Shown: positions 48,065 through 56,743 of the stretch, piece by piece
Layout of the letters: each line of letters opens with the position of its first letter
Position numbering within the stretch: position 1 is the first letter of the stretch
IMG/VR virus record: IMGVR_UViG_3300025687_000036
DNA: 64,000 nt
DNA from: an uncultured virus (IMG/VR IMGVR_UViG_3300025687_000036)
Lineage: Duplodnaviria > Heunggongvirae > Uroviricota > Caudoviricetes
Direction: 5' to 3' (one strand)
Made by a program: the position numbers and the translations under genes
The notes under the pieces: model-generated
What the model was told of the DNA's origin: nothing
The model's input: only the letters and a program-made list of their open reading frames with translations
Databases searched by the model: none

Positions 48065-48802
48065 ATGAAGGCTGCTGCTGCATTCATCGCGTCGATTGCT
48101 CCGGCTCTGGCCGGCACGATCGACGACTCGCTGCCCGACTCGGTCTACCTCGCCTACGGGCAGCAGTTCGCTCCGTTCACCCGTCGCGTCGAGGTCGTCG
48201 GCGTCGACGGCAAACTGGCGATCGGCAGCGGCTGCGTGATCGGCGACAGGTGGGTGCTGACAGCGGCGCACGTCGTCGACAACGCCGTGACGATCTCGGT
48301 CAGCGGCAACCCGGTCGTCACCTACTGGCAGCATCAAGACTGGGAGAGCGACCGCGTCGGATACAACGACATCGCGGCTCTCTACTGCAAGGCCGACTTC
48401 AGCCTCGACTACTACCCGCCATTGGCGACAAGCGGAGACACCGTCGGTGCCACGGTGACGCTGGCCGGCTACGGAGTCACCGGCCGCATGGCCGGAGGCT
48501 ACACGCGATCCGACGGGCTCCTGCGGGCCGGCACGAACACGATCGCGGGGCTTGAGCGGACGCTGATCGTCTGCGGGATCAACTCTGGCTCGAGCCCGAG
48601 GGAGTACGGAATCGCCCCCGGAGACTCCGGCGGGCCGCTGTTCGTCGGCGCCGGCTCCGAGGCCCGCCTGGCGGGCATCCACTCCTTCACGATGCGCGCC
48701 GGCACCGGCCCTCTGCGGAGCCGCAACGGTGAGGAGAGCGCTCACACGAGGGTGTCGCTGTTTGTCAGGTGGATCGATCGTGTCAGGGGGATGGTGCGGT
48801 GA
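48065..48802 (+). CDS. Trypsin-like (S1) serine protease with signal-peptide-like N-terminus
   Basis: WVLTAAHV, NDIA, GDSGGPL catalytic triad motifs. Confidence 0.92.
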   Translation: MKAAAAFIASIAPALAGTIDDSLPDSVYLAYGQQFAPFTRRVEVVGVDGKLAIGSGCVIGDRWVLTAAHVVDNAVTISVSGNPVVTYWQHQDWESDRVGYNDIAALYCKADFSLDYYPPLATSGDTVGATVTLAGYGVTGRMAGGYTRSDGLLRAGTNTIAGLERTLIVCGINSGSSPREYGIAPGDSGGPLFVGAGSEARLAGIHSFTMRAGTGPLRSRNGEESAHTRVSLFVRWIDRVRGMVR

Positions 48803-50046
48803 AGCACAGAATCATCCCCGGAGACTGCGTTGAATCGCTGCGGACGCTGCCTGACGCCAGCGTTCACTGTTGCGTCACATCGCCGCCCTACTGGGGGCTG
48901 CGGGACTACGGCCACGACGGGCAGATCGGTCTGGAGTCAACGCCGGAAGCCTACGTCGCTCGCATGGTGGAAGTGTTCCGCGAGGTGCGGCGGGTGCTGC
49001 GGGATGATGGGACGCTGTGGCTGAACCTCGGAGACAGCTACGCAGGTTCTTGGGGCAACCAGGGCCGCAAGGAAACAAGAGGCACGCAACGGCCGATCAA
49101 CGGCCCGATGATGCAGCGGCTCAAGGCGCAGCCAGTCCGCGAGATTGAGTGTTGCCTAGACGAGGACTGCACTTGCCCAGCCGTGGACGAGAACGGCGGA
49201 ATCTATCCAGACAAGAAAACGCGCACCGGATCATGGGTGAACGACCACCCAACGCTCAAGCCAAAAGACCTCGTCGGCATACCGTGGCGTGTCGCCTTCG
49301 CCTTGCAGGCTGACGGCTGGTGGCTGCGTCAGGACATCATCTGGCACAAGCCAAACCCGATGCCCGAGAGCGTGCGGGATCGCTGCACGAAGGCTCACGA
49401 GTACGTTTTCCTTCTCACCAAGAGCGAGCGGTATTTCTATGACGCGGAGGCGGTGAGTGAATTTGCCAAGTGTCAAGATGCCAAGGGCATCCCTTATGCA
49501 ACTCGACGGGTGCTTGACGGGAAAGCGACAAGCATCGGCAGGCAAGAAAGAACATACGACGCAAAACCTACCCGCAACCGCCGCTCCGTCTGGACGATCA
49601 CGACGAAGCCGTACAAAGGCGCCCACTTCGCCACCATGCCACCCGACCTCGTCGAGCCGTGCATCCTCGCCGGCACGAGCGAGGAGGGGTGCTGCCCACA
49701 CTGCGGTTCGCCGTGGGCGAGGGTCACTGAGCGAAAAAAACTGACCCGCCCACGCCCGAATGACTACACGAAGCGGAAAGGCGATGAAGGAACTGGAAAC
49801 TCATGCGCAAACAGTGTTGCCGGTGTCGCAGTGGAAACGAAGGGCTGGCAGCCGACGTGCGATTGCCAAGAGCATAGCCCCGTGCCGTGCCTCGTCCTCG
49901 ACCCCTTCGCCGGCTCCGGCACGACGCTGGCGGTCGCCGCCCGCCTGGGCCGCAGCGGCATCGGGTGCGAACTGAACCCTGAATACATCGCCTTGGCGGA
50001 GGAGCGGATCGCCGAGGCCAGGGAGAAGGCTGGGTTGTTTGCATGA
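48799..50046 (+). CDS. DNA N4-cytosine/N6-adenine methyltransferase (beta class)
   Basis: VTSPPY, IIWHKPNPMPES, HFATMP, VLDPFAGSGTT. Confidence 0.93.
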   Translation: MKHRIIPGDCVESLRTLPDASVHCCVTSPPYWGLRDYGHDGQIGLESTPEAYVARMVEVFREVRRVLRDDGTLWLNLGDSYAGSWGNQGRKETRGTQRPINGPMMQRLKAQPVREIECCLDEDCTCPAVDENGGIYPDKKTRTGSWVNDHPTLKPKDLVGIPWRVAFALQADGWWLRQDIIWHKPNPMPESVRDRCTKAHEYVFLLTKSERYFYDAEAVSEFAKCQDAKGIPYATRRVLDGKATSIGRQERTYDAKPTRNRRSVWTITTKPYKGAHFATMPPDLVEPCILAGTSEEGCCPHCGSPWARVTERKKLTRPRPNDYTKRKGDEGTGNSCANSVAGVAVETKGWQPTCDCQEHSPVPCLVLDPFAGSGTTLAVAARLGRSGIGCELNPEYIALAEERIAEAREKAGLFA

Positions 50047-50696
50047 GAGTCCTCGTCGCCTGCGAGTACAGCGGTCGCGTCAGGGATGCGTTCATCGCAG
50101 CCGGCCACGATGCAATGAGTTGCGACCTCCTTCCATCAGATTCAATTGGACCGCATCGCCAGGGCGACGTGCTCGAGATTCTTAACCAGGGCTGGGACTT
50201 GATGATCGCGCACCCGCCATGCACTTACCTGACGGTGTCGGCTGAGTGGGCCTACAAGGATGTCCAGACGAAGAAAATGAAGCCTGGGACGCTGATCGGT
50301 CAGGCTCGCCGAGACGCCAGAGAGAAGGCAATCGAGTTTGTGCTGGCTCTGGCGAACTCGCCGATTCCTCGGATCGCCATCGAGAACCCGGTCGGCGTTC
50401 TCTCGACAAGGTGGCGCGAGCCGGATCAGTTCATTCAGCCATACGAGTACGGCGACGACGCTAGCAAGAAGACCTGCCTGTGGCTCAAGGGTCTCCCGCG
50501 GCTTGCGCCGACTGCGTTTGCCCCCCCCCGTCTCGCGCTTTCCGCGGACTGTCGAAGCTACTCGTTCCGCTGGGGGAACCAGACCGACAGCGGACAGAAC
50601 AAGGAACCGCCGGCCGCGGATCGCTGGAAGATCAGGAGCGAGACATTCGCTGGTTGGGCCTCGGCCATGGCCTCGCAGTGGGGAGGATTGACGTGA
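50043..50696 (+). CDS. Short phage DNA cytosine-methyltransferase-like protein
   Basis: RVLVACEYSG, AHPPCTYL, IENPVG, KKTCLWLKGLP, RSETF. Confidence 0.75.
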   Translation: MRVLVACEYSGRVRDAFIAAGHDAMSCDLLPSDSIGPHRQGDVLEILNQGWDLMIAHPPCTYLTVSAEWAYKDVQTKKMKPGTLIGQARRDAREKAIEFVLALANSPIPRIAIENPVGVLSTRWREPDQFIQPYEYGDDASKKTCLWLKGLPRLAPTAFAPPRLALSADCRSYSFRWGNQTDSGQNKEPPAADRWKIRSETFAGWASAMASQWGGLT

Positions 50697-50947
50697 GCAT
50701 CCGCGAAGACCTCGCAGAGCAGAACCCCGACGCCCTCCTCGCAGACGGCCTCGAAGCCGCCTTGGTTGGATACACGGTGAATCACCACCACCCGGTCGTC
50801 GCTGTCTACGACATCGACAAGTGCATCGACGTGCTCGTCGAGCGCGACGGGATGACGCCGGAGGGTGCCGACGAGTTTCTGTCGTTCAACACGATCGGTG
50901 CGTATGTCGGCGAGAACGGGCCGCTGTATGTGAGGTTTTGGAAGTGA
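50693..50947 (+). CDS. Hypothetical phage protein
   Basis: ADGLEAALVG...AVYD...EFLSFNTIGAYVGENGP. Confidence 0.7.
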   Translation: MSIREDLAEQNPDALLADGLEAALVGYTVNHHHPVVAVYDIDKCIDVLVERDGMTPEGADEFLSFNTIGAYVGENGPLYVRFWK

Positions 50948-51009
50948 CAAGCCGCGAAATCGCGGAGTGACAGAATTCGGGAGTCGCGGAGGAAAGCGAG
51001 GGTGATGGG

Positions 51010-51495
51010 GTGAGTGACAGCGGTTTTCTTCGCCTCGTAGAAAAGCACGCGACTGCCCGCGCTGCCCTCCATGCCGGCCACGGCTCGAGCCGCCCGCTAT
51101 CCGGCGGATACGAGCGCGTCGGCATGGCTGGAGAGTTCGCGTTCGGTCGATTCTGCGGGCAGATGCCAGACCTCTCGGAGCGGCCGTCTGGCGACAAGGG
51201 CGTCGACTTCGTCGTTCCGCTTCTCTACACCGTGGACGTGAAGACGGCACGCAAGGCGAACAATCTGATCCACGAGGCGTCAAAGCCGCTGTTGGCAGAC
51301 ATCTATGTCCTTGCCGAATACAACGACGACGACGAAGAGGCGACGCTGGTTGGCTGGGCCTGGGGGAGCCAGTTGTCTGCGGCGCCGAAAAAAGACTTCG
51401 GTCACGGAATCGAGAACAGGTACATCGCAAGAGCGAACCTGCGATCGATGGGTCATCTTGGGGAAAGGATTTGGAAGCCTCAACGGAGTTGCTGA
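51010..51495 (+). CDS. Putative PD-(D/E)xK-like nuclease
   Basis: GMAGEFAF...DKGVDF...VDVKT. Confidence 0.5.
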   Translation: MSDSGFLRLVEKHATARAALHAGHGSSRPLSGGYERVGMAGEFAFGRFCGQMPDLSERPSGDKGVDFVVPLLYTVDVKTARKANNLIHEASKPLLADIYVLAEYNDDDEEATLVGWAWGSQLSAAPKKDFGHGIENRYIARANLRSMGHLGERIWKPQRSC

Positions 51496-51496
51496 A

Positions 51497-51694
51497 ATGC
51501 AGAATGCTGAACATGACGATATGGTCGATGCTTCGCTGCTCGACTACTACATCAAAGCCGCGGTGGTGGCAATTCGGCTTGGCATTGGCTTGCAGTATGC
51601 GTTTGACAGGTACGTCAAGCCGCATATGCCCCCCAGACGGGAGATCAAGCCGATCCGACCGGATCAGGAATGGATTTTCGGTGACAACTTCTGA
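51497..51694 (+). CDS. Hypothetical protein
   Basis: Short ORF in a lower-GC patch. Confidence 0.4.
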   Translation: MQNAEHDDMVDASLLDYYIKAAVVAIRLGIGLQYAFDRYVKPHMPPRREIKPIRPDQEWIFGDNF

Positions 51695-51739
51695 AGGCCA
51701 GCAAAGAAATCGCACCAAAAGCCATCGATTGGCAACACA

Positions 51740-52159
51740 ATGAACTGCAAAGTCTACAAGGCCGCAGAACTCCCAGAGCACGAGCGGGTCTGGATCGCCC
51801 ACCGCCTGACGAAGGCGGGCAGTGACTTCAACGCCAAACTCGTCTACTGGACGTATGGCCGCGGTGCTGCCGTGGAGTCCGACGGCAGCATCGCGGTCGT
51901 CTACGACCACGGCGAGATTATCGGCTGGGCGAGGACGGAGACGTGGCGTGGCTACGACACGCTTGAGGCTTTCGTTGCGCCGGAGCATCGGGGCCGCGGT
52001 GTGGCGGCGTTCGCGGCGTCCGGCCTTGCGGCATCCACGCTGAACGCCAACGGTGGCAGCGTCGCGGTCTTCGCGCCGTCGATGATGCTGGTCGCCCGCC
52101 GCGCCGGCCTCCACCCGGAACTGTTCGAGAGAGTCGACGGCGAGTGGAGGGCGGCGTGA
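51740..52159 (+). CDS. GNAT acetyltransferase-like protein
   Basis: IIGWA...FVAPEHRGRGVA. Confidence 0.75.
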   Translation: MNCKVYKAAELPEHERVWIAHRLTKAGSDFNAKLVYWTYGRGAAVESDGSIAVVYDHGEIIGWARTETWRGYDTLEAFVAPEHRGRGVAAFAASGLAASTLNANGGSVAVFAPSMMLVARRAGLHPELFERVDGEWRAA

Positions 52160-52371
52160 CCAATGAGGAGCGGATCGAGCTGCTGGACCGCGTCGCTTCG
52201 TCGCAGCGGACGATCCGCGCTCTCATCGAAATCGTCGACGAGCAGGCGGCCGTGATGGCGGCGGCCGGCGAGCCCGGCACGGCCTTCTCGATCTACATGA
52301 TCCGCGAGTCGCTGGCGGTCTACTCGAGCCAACTGAGCAGATACCTGAGAAAGCACTTGGAAAAGAACTGA
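52156..52371 (+). CDS. Hypothetical protein
   Basis: Translationally coupled ORF. Confidence 0.55.
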   Translation: MTNEERIELLDRVASSQRTIRALIEIVDEQAAVMAAAGEPGTAFSIYMIRESLAVYSSQLSRYLRKHLEKN

Positions 52372-52592
52372 TGCCGTCGGCCTCGCTCCACTTCCGGCTA
52401 CCGCAGGATCAACGCGACTTCGACGTCGCGTCGTCCGCCGGCAGATACCTGGCGGTGATTCAGTCGCTGGACACGTACCTGAGAAACCGCATCAAGTACG
52501 CCGACGTTTCGGCGGAGGCCGTGAACGCCTACCAGGCGGTGCGCGATGAGTTGCACCGAGAACTCAGCGAGCAGCGAGTGGAGATTGACTGA
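52371..52592 (+). CDS. Hypothetical protein
   Basis: Translationally coupled ORF. Confidence 0.6.
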   Translation: MPSASLHFRLPQDQRDFDVASSAGRYLAVIQSLDTYLRNRIKYADVSAEAVNAYQAVRDELHRELSEQRVEID

Positions 52593-52852
52593 TGGACGAT
52601 GACCTCGAGGCGCTCTGCGACCGCTACGAACTTCTTTGGCGTCGAGCCAGAGAAGGTGCCGCCAGCGCCAACAAGGCGATCGGCAGGCTCCAGGCCCGCG
52701 TCGACTTCCTGAAGACCGAGGTGGAGGAGTTGGAGGATGAGTTGGCGGTCACGCAGAGCCGCCTCTCCAGGGCGAACAGGGAGAACGAGCAACTGGAGAA
52801 GAAGGTTCAACGGTTGAGCCTCAAGATTCTTGAACTCTGGAGCCGCGAGTGA
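52592..52852 (+). CDS. Hypothetical coiled-coil protein
   Basis: Translationally coupled ORF. Confidence 0.6.
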   Translation: MDDDLEALCDRYELLWRRAREGAASANKAIGRLQARVDFLKTEVEELEDELAVTQSRLSRANRENEQLEKKVQRLSLKILELWSRE

Positions 52853-53004
52853 TGGCGAAGAAGAAGTATTCCCAAGGCACGACGCAAAAGTCGGTCTCGA
52901 AGAACATCTCCAAGCTGGTCGACGAGGGCTACCCGCAGAAGCAAGCCGTCGCCATCGCCCTGGACATCGCGAATCAGGCGAAGAAGAAAAAGGGCGACAA
53001 GTGA
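52852..53004 (+). CDS. Small basic protein (not in the ORF track)
   Basis: MAKKK...SKNISKLVDEGYPQKQAVAIAL; coupled on both sides. Confidence 0.65.
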   Translation: MAKKKYSQGTTQKSVSKNISKLVDEGYPQKQAVAIALDIANQAKKKKGDK

Positions 53005-53363
53005 CGCACCGGCGGGCGAGGAAATCGCCACTGATTGTGGTCGACGTTTCCCTGCTCGAGCAGTGCTGGCAGTCGGAGATGACCGGCGAGCAGATCGCCG
53101 GCGTCATCGGCGTGAAGAAGTGGCAGTTGCCGACGATCCGCGAGGAAGCCGGCCTGCCGAAGCGCCCCTCGTTCAAGTCCTACCTGCGGCCGTGGGACTC
53201 GAAAAAGCGACCCAAGGAGCCGGACCCCGAGGTCTCGCCGGAGGAGGTGCAGCACCGGATCGCGAAGGTGCAGGCCAGATGGACAGACGAGGTTTTTGTG
53301 TTGAGGTCTCTGGGCCGCGTGCGGCCTGTCCCGTATGAGTTTCCGAGGTATTCGATCCAGTGA
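53001..53363 (+). CDS. GcrA-like HTH protein (paralogue 1)
   Basis: LEQCW....EQIAGVIG...GLPKR then PEEVQHRI..VQARWT. Confidence 0.55.
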   Translation: MTHRRARKSPLIVVDVSLLEQCWQSEMTGEQIAGVIGVKKWQLPTIREEAGLPKRPSFKSYLRPWDSKKRPKEPDPEVSPEEVQHRIAKVQARWTDEVFVLRSLGRVRPVPYEFPRYSIQ

Positions 53364-53701
53364 CTGGTGTTCCGCTCGACGAGGATTTCTTGAGGTTTGC
53401 GTGGTCACGGTATCCGCTCTCCTACATCTGTGAGATGGCGAACTGCGGCCGGCGCAAGGTCTACTACTACGCCAGGAAGTTCGGTCTCGGCCCCAAGCCG
53501 GAAGGCACGTATCTGCCCCGCCGTGGCCGGAAGATGCCAGACCCGACCCCTGACCAAATACGTCAACGGTGCCTGGAGGTGCAGGCCCGGTGGTCCCCAG
53601 CGGAGCGCGAGCGGCGGGCCGGGCGGAGCAAACTGTCGGCTGCCGCCAAGGCGATGGGCTACGACGGCCGGAGCGTCCGATTCTCGGAGAGATTGCTGTA
53701 G
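53360..53701 (+). CDS. GcrA-like HTH protein (paralogue 2)
   Basis: LRFAW...ARKFGL then DPTPDQIRQRCLEVQARWS. Confidence 0.55.
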   Translation: MTGVPLDEDFLRFAWSRYPLSYICEMANCGRRKVYYYARKFGLGPKPEGTYLPRRGRKMPDPTPDQIRQRCLEVQARWSPAERERRAGRSKLSAAAKAMGYDGRSVRFSERLL

Positions 53702-53734
53702 GCAAAAGGCGACAGCCCGATACAATGGGCCTCC

Positions 53735-54028
53735 ATGCGACGCCAACCGCTCGAGCGGACGATCGTCGCCAAGGTCATGGCGCAGGCTCGGAGCCTCGGC
53801 TGGTGGGTTATGAAGACCCACGGCGGCTCCTATGGAACCGTTGTCGGCCTGCCTGACGTGCTGGCAATCAAGGACGGCCGGGCAGCGTGGATGGAAGTGA
53901 AGCGGCCGGGGTTTGAGCCGACCCGCGTGCAACTCCATCGTCAGCGCGAACTCAGCGGCTACGGATGCCCGGTGACGACCGTGACCAGCGCCGCCGACGC
54001 TCGGCATTTTCTGGAGAGCATCGGGTGA
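53735..54028 (+). CDS. VRR-NUC domain nuclease
   Basis: LERTI...GLPDVL...MEVKRPG...Q. Confidence 0.88.
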   Translation: MRRQPLERTIVAKVMAQARSLGWWVMKTHGGSYGTVVGLPDVLAIKDGRAAWMEVKRPGFEPTRVQLHRQRELSGYGCPVTTVTSAADARHFLESIG

Positions 54029-55110
54029 GCAAAGACATCTCCTTCGGCGCTGCGGTCGTCGGCGACGCCGAGGTGGCGGCGGTGCGCCGCGTCTTGGAAT
54101 CCGGCCGGCTGACCCGCGGGCCTGTGTGCGAGGAGATGGAGGCGGACCTCGCCAGGCTCACCGGCCTCGAGGCGCACGTCGTCTCCAGCGGCACCGCGGC
54201 GATGCATCTGGCCCTGCTGGCCGCCGGCGTGCAGCCCGGCGACCGCGTGATCGTGCCGGCCACGACCTACGTGGCGACCCTCAACGCGGTGCTCTACTGC
54301 GGCGCCGAGCCGGTGCTGGTCGACGTCTGCCCGGCGACGTGGACGATCGACTTCGACGAGGCCGTTGAGGAGGCCGAGAGCCGGCAGGCCGCGGCGATCG
54401 TCCCCGTTCATCTCTACGGCGTTCCTGCCCCTTCGTTTCACGGGTGGCGGGAAGATTATTTCCGCCGCACCGGCCGGCTGGTGCGAATCGTCGAGGACGC
54501 CGCCGAGAGCCTCGGGTGCCTGCGATCAGGCCGGCACCCGTGCGGAGACCTGGCCGCGCTCTCGTTCTTCGGCTCCAAGACGATCACGACAGGCGAAGGC
54601 GGCGCGGTGCTGTGGCGCGACCCCACGCTCGGTGCCCGCGTCCGGCATCTGGCTGGACAGGCGATGACGAAGCAGAGGTATCGCCACGACACCGTCGGCT
54701 TCAACTACCGGATGACGGAACTTCAGGCGGCCATCGGCGTCGAGCAACTCAAGAAGCTGCCGGCTCTCCTCGACGCCCGCCGCCATGTGTTCGCCTGGTA
54801 CGACGAGTTTCTGCCTGCCGGGTGGCGACGACAGGACATCGACAGAAACGACACGCACGGCCTGTGGGCCTACGCAGCGACGAACAACGAACTCGACGCC
54901 AGAAGGGTCATCCACGGCATGGCTCAGGCCGGCATCGAGTGTCGTCCGATCTTTCCGCCTCTGGGCCGGCACAACCACGCCGAGAGGTTTGCGGCGTACA
55001 CGCCGCTGGCGGACTTTCTGCACGACCGCGGCATCGTTCTTCCCACGCACCCGCTCCTGACCAGAGACGACGTCAGTCGCGTGTGCGAAACCCTGGCGGA
55101 GTGGAAATGA
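54025..55110 (+). CDS. DegT/DnrJ/EryC1/StrS PLP aminotransferase, perosamine-synthase-like
   Basis: SSGTAAMHLAL, PVHLYG, EDAAESLG, SFFGSKTITTGEGG, GFNYRMTELQAAIG. Confidence 0.92.
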   Translation: MSKDISFGAAVVGDAEVAAVRRVLESGRLTRGPVCEEMEADLARLTGLEAHVVSSGTAAMHLALLAAGVQPGDRVIVPATTYVATLNAVLYCGAEPVLVDVCPATWTIDFDEAVEEAESRQAAAIVPVHLYGVPAPSFHGWREDYFRRTGRLVRIVEDAAESLGCLRSGRHPCGDLAALSFFGSKTITTGEGGAVLWRDPTLGARVRHLAGQAMTKQRYRHDTVGFNYRMTELQAAIGVEQLKKLPALLDARRHVFAWYDEFLPAGWRRQDIDRNDTHGLWAYAATNNELDARRVIHGMAQAGIECRPIFPPLGRHNHAERFAAYTPLADFLHDRGIVLPTHPLLTRDDVSRVCETLAEWK

Positions 55111-55880
55111 AGATCGTCGGCGTTTCCATGTTCATGGCCGACTGCGGCAAGCACTTGCAGCGCCGCCTCGAGCACCTCGTGTCCAAGCGCGGCGTGTCGG
55201 CGTGGGTGTGGATCGTCCGTCGAACCAACGATGTCACCGACCGGCTTCTGCACGCCTTCGTCGACTCCTCGCCGGTGCCGGCGATGGTGATCGAGGAGTC
55301 GTGGCCGCAGCCGGCCGACAGGCTCATGGCGGTGTCGATGGCCGGTGACGTCGCCATGAACGCCGCGCTGATGCGAGGCGCCGAGAGGATTCTGTTCCAC
55401 GAGAGTGATCTGATCTCGCCGGAGGACGTGGCCCTGCGGCTGGGCGAGGTTCTGGATTCCTCGCCGGCGGCGGCCGTCGCCGGCGGGTGGCCGTGCCTGG
55501 CGAGCGAGGGGATGGACGAGTCGCTGATGCTCTTCGACGGCGCCGCCCGCCTGGGCCGCGAGATGCAGATCGCCTTCGACGGCCAGCCAGCGGCACTGCC
55601 GTTCTTCTATGACTCGTGGGGGTATCGGCTCGACGGCCAGCGGTTCGCGTCTGTGCCTCCGTACTCGCCGTGCTATCGGCCCGACGAGCCGTTTCGGCTG
55701 GATTCCGTCGGAAGCGTCGCGCTCATCGACGCGAGGTGGCTGCGATACGGCGCACGCATGGAACACGACGGGTTCGTGAGGCTCTGCGACCAGATACGCC
55801 AGATGGAAGGAGAAGTGTGGTGCGACCCGAGGATCATCATCAATCAGCCGCTCGAACTATGGACGTTCCAGAACAACTGA
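55107..55880 (+). CDS. Divergent glycosyltransferase-like protein
   Basis: LFHESD (DxD-like), FFYDSWGYR, LDSVGSVALI, VWCDP; coupled to the aminotransferase. Confidence 0.55.
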   Translation: MKIVGVSMFMADCGKHLQRRLEHLVSKRGVSAWVWIVRRTNDVTDRLLHAFVDSSPVPAMVIEESWPQPADRLMAVSMAGDVAMNAALMRGAERILFHESDLISPEDVALRLGEVLDSSPAAAVAGGWPCLASEGMDESLMLFDGAARLGREMQIAFDGQPAALPFFYDSWGYRLDGQRFASVPPYSPCYRPDEPFRLDSVGSVALIDARWLRYGARMEHDGFVRLCDQIRQMEGEVWCDPRIIINQPLELWTFQNN

Positions 55881-56740
55881 TCCGGCCAGAGGACTGGTGG
55901 CCTGTCGATCCGCACTGGCAGGAGCGGTACGACCGCATGGTCGGCATCGGCCGCCGGACGGCCGCTCAACTCGACGCCTGCGTCGTGATGATCTGCCGCA
56001 ACTCGATGCCACACCTCGCCAACACGATTGGCCTGCTCCGCGAGTTGTCGCTCGGCTTCAGGTCGATGTCGATCTACGTCCACGAGAACGACTCGACCGA
56101 CGGCACCGGGGAGTTCCTCGACGTCGTGGCGGACGAGAGCTTCTCGATGACTGTCTGCCACGAGACCCTCGGCGGCATCGACGCCCGTGGGTTTGGTCGC
56201 GAGCGGACGGAGCGGCTGGCCTACTGTCGCAACAAGTGCCTGGGGTGGGTCTCGGAGAACGCCTCCCGCACCGCGTGGACGATCGTGCTCGACTCCGACG
56301 CCCACGGCGGGTGGAGCGTCGACGGCGTCTTCAACAGCATCGGGTGCCTGGGCAGCCACAACACCCGGCCGGACTCCTTCCCTGCCGGCGGCATGGCCTC
56401 CTACGGCGTCTATAGACCTCGCCGGCTCGTACCCGAGGCCGCCGGCATCGGCGAGCACGGCATCCTTCAGTACGACGCCTGGGCCGCCCGGCTCAACGAC
56501 TGGCGCGACCGCCGCGAGGAGGTTGGGTTCAACTGGTTTTTCTGTCTCCTACCGCCCGTCGGCTCGCCGCCGATTGAGTTCCTGTCGGCCTTCGGTGGCC
56601 TTGCGGTCTACCGTACCGATGCCTTCCTGGCCGGCGGCTACACCGGCGACGACTGCGAGCACGTCGGCCACCACAGAAACATGCGCGCCGCCGGCTACTC
56701 GATGCACTTGAACCCAGGATGCCGCTACGTCGCGTATTGA
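55859..56740 (+). CDS. Glycosyltransferase (GT-A fold)
   Basis: ENDSTDGT, RLAYCRN, VLDSD, YDAWA, SAFGGLAVY, CEHV. Confidence 0.8.
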   Translation: MDVPEQLIRPEDWWPVDPHWQERYDRMVGIGRRTAAQLDACVVMICRNSMPHLANTIGLLRELSLGFRSMSIYVHENDSTDGTGEFLDVVADESFSMTVCHETLGGIDARGFGRERTERLAYCRNKCLGWVSENASRTAWTIVLDSDAHGGWSVDGVFNSIGCLGSHNTRPDSFPAGGMASYGVYRPRRLVPEAAGIGEHGILQYDAWAARLNDWRDRREEVGFNWFFCLLPPVGSPPIEFLSAFGGLAVYRTDAFLAGGYTGDDCEHVGHHRNMRAAGYSMHLNPGCRYVAY

Positions 56741-56743
56741 TCC

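Noticed and set aside
48799..51495. Methyltransferases plus the ORF at 51010 as a restriction-modification system
   Set aside because: Orphan methyltransferases are common in phages and the nuclease call for 51010 is weak
2884..52114. Long antisense ORFs (e.g. 2884-4173, 6749-8215, 34247-35893, 43412-45436, 50558-52114)
   Set aside because: Shadow frames of well-supported plus-strand genes in high-GC DNA; no recognisable motifs
54025..55110. ColD-type dehydratase, which would make the gmd/fcl pair a colitose pathway
   Set aside because: The active-site position holds Lys (GSKT), not the His of ColD
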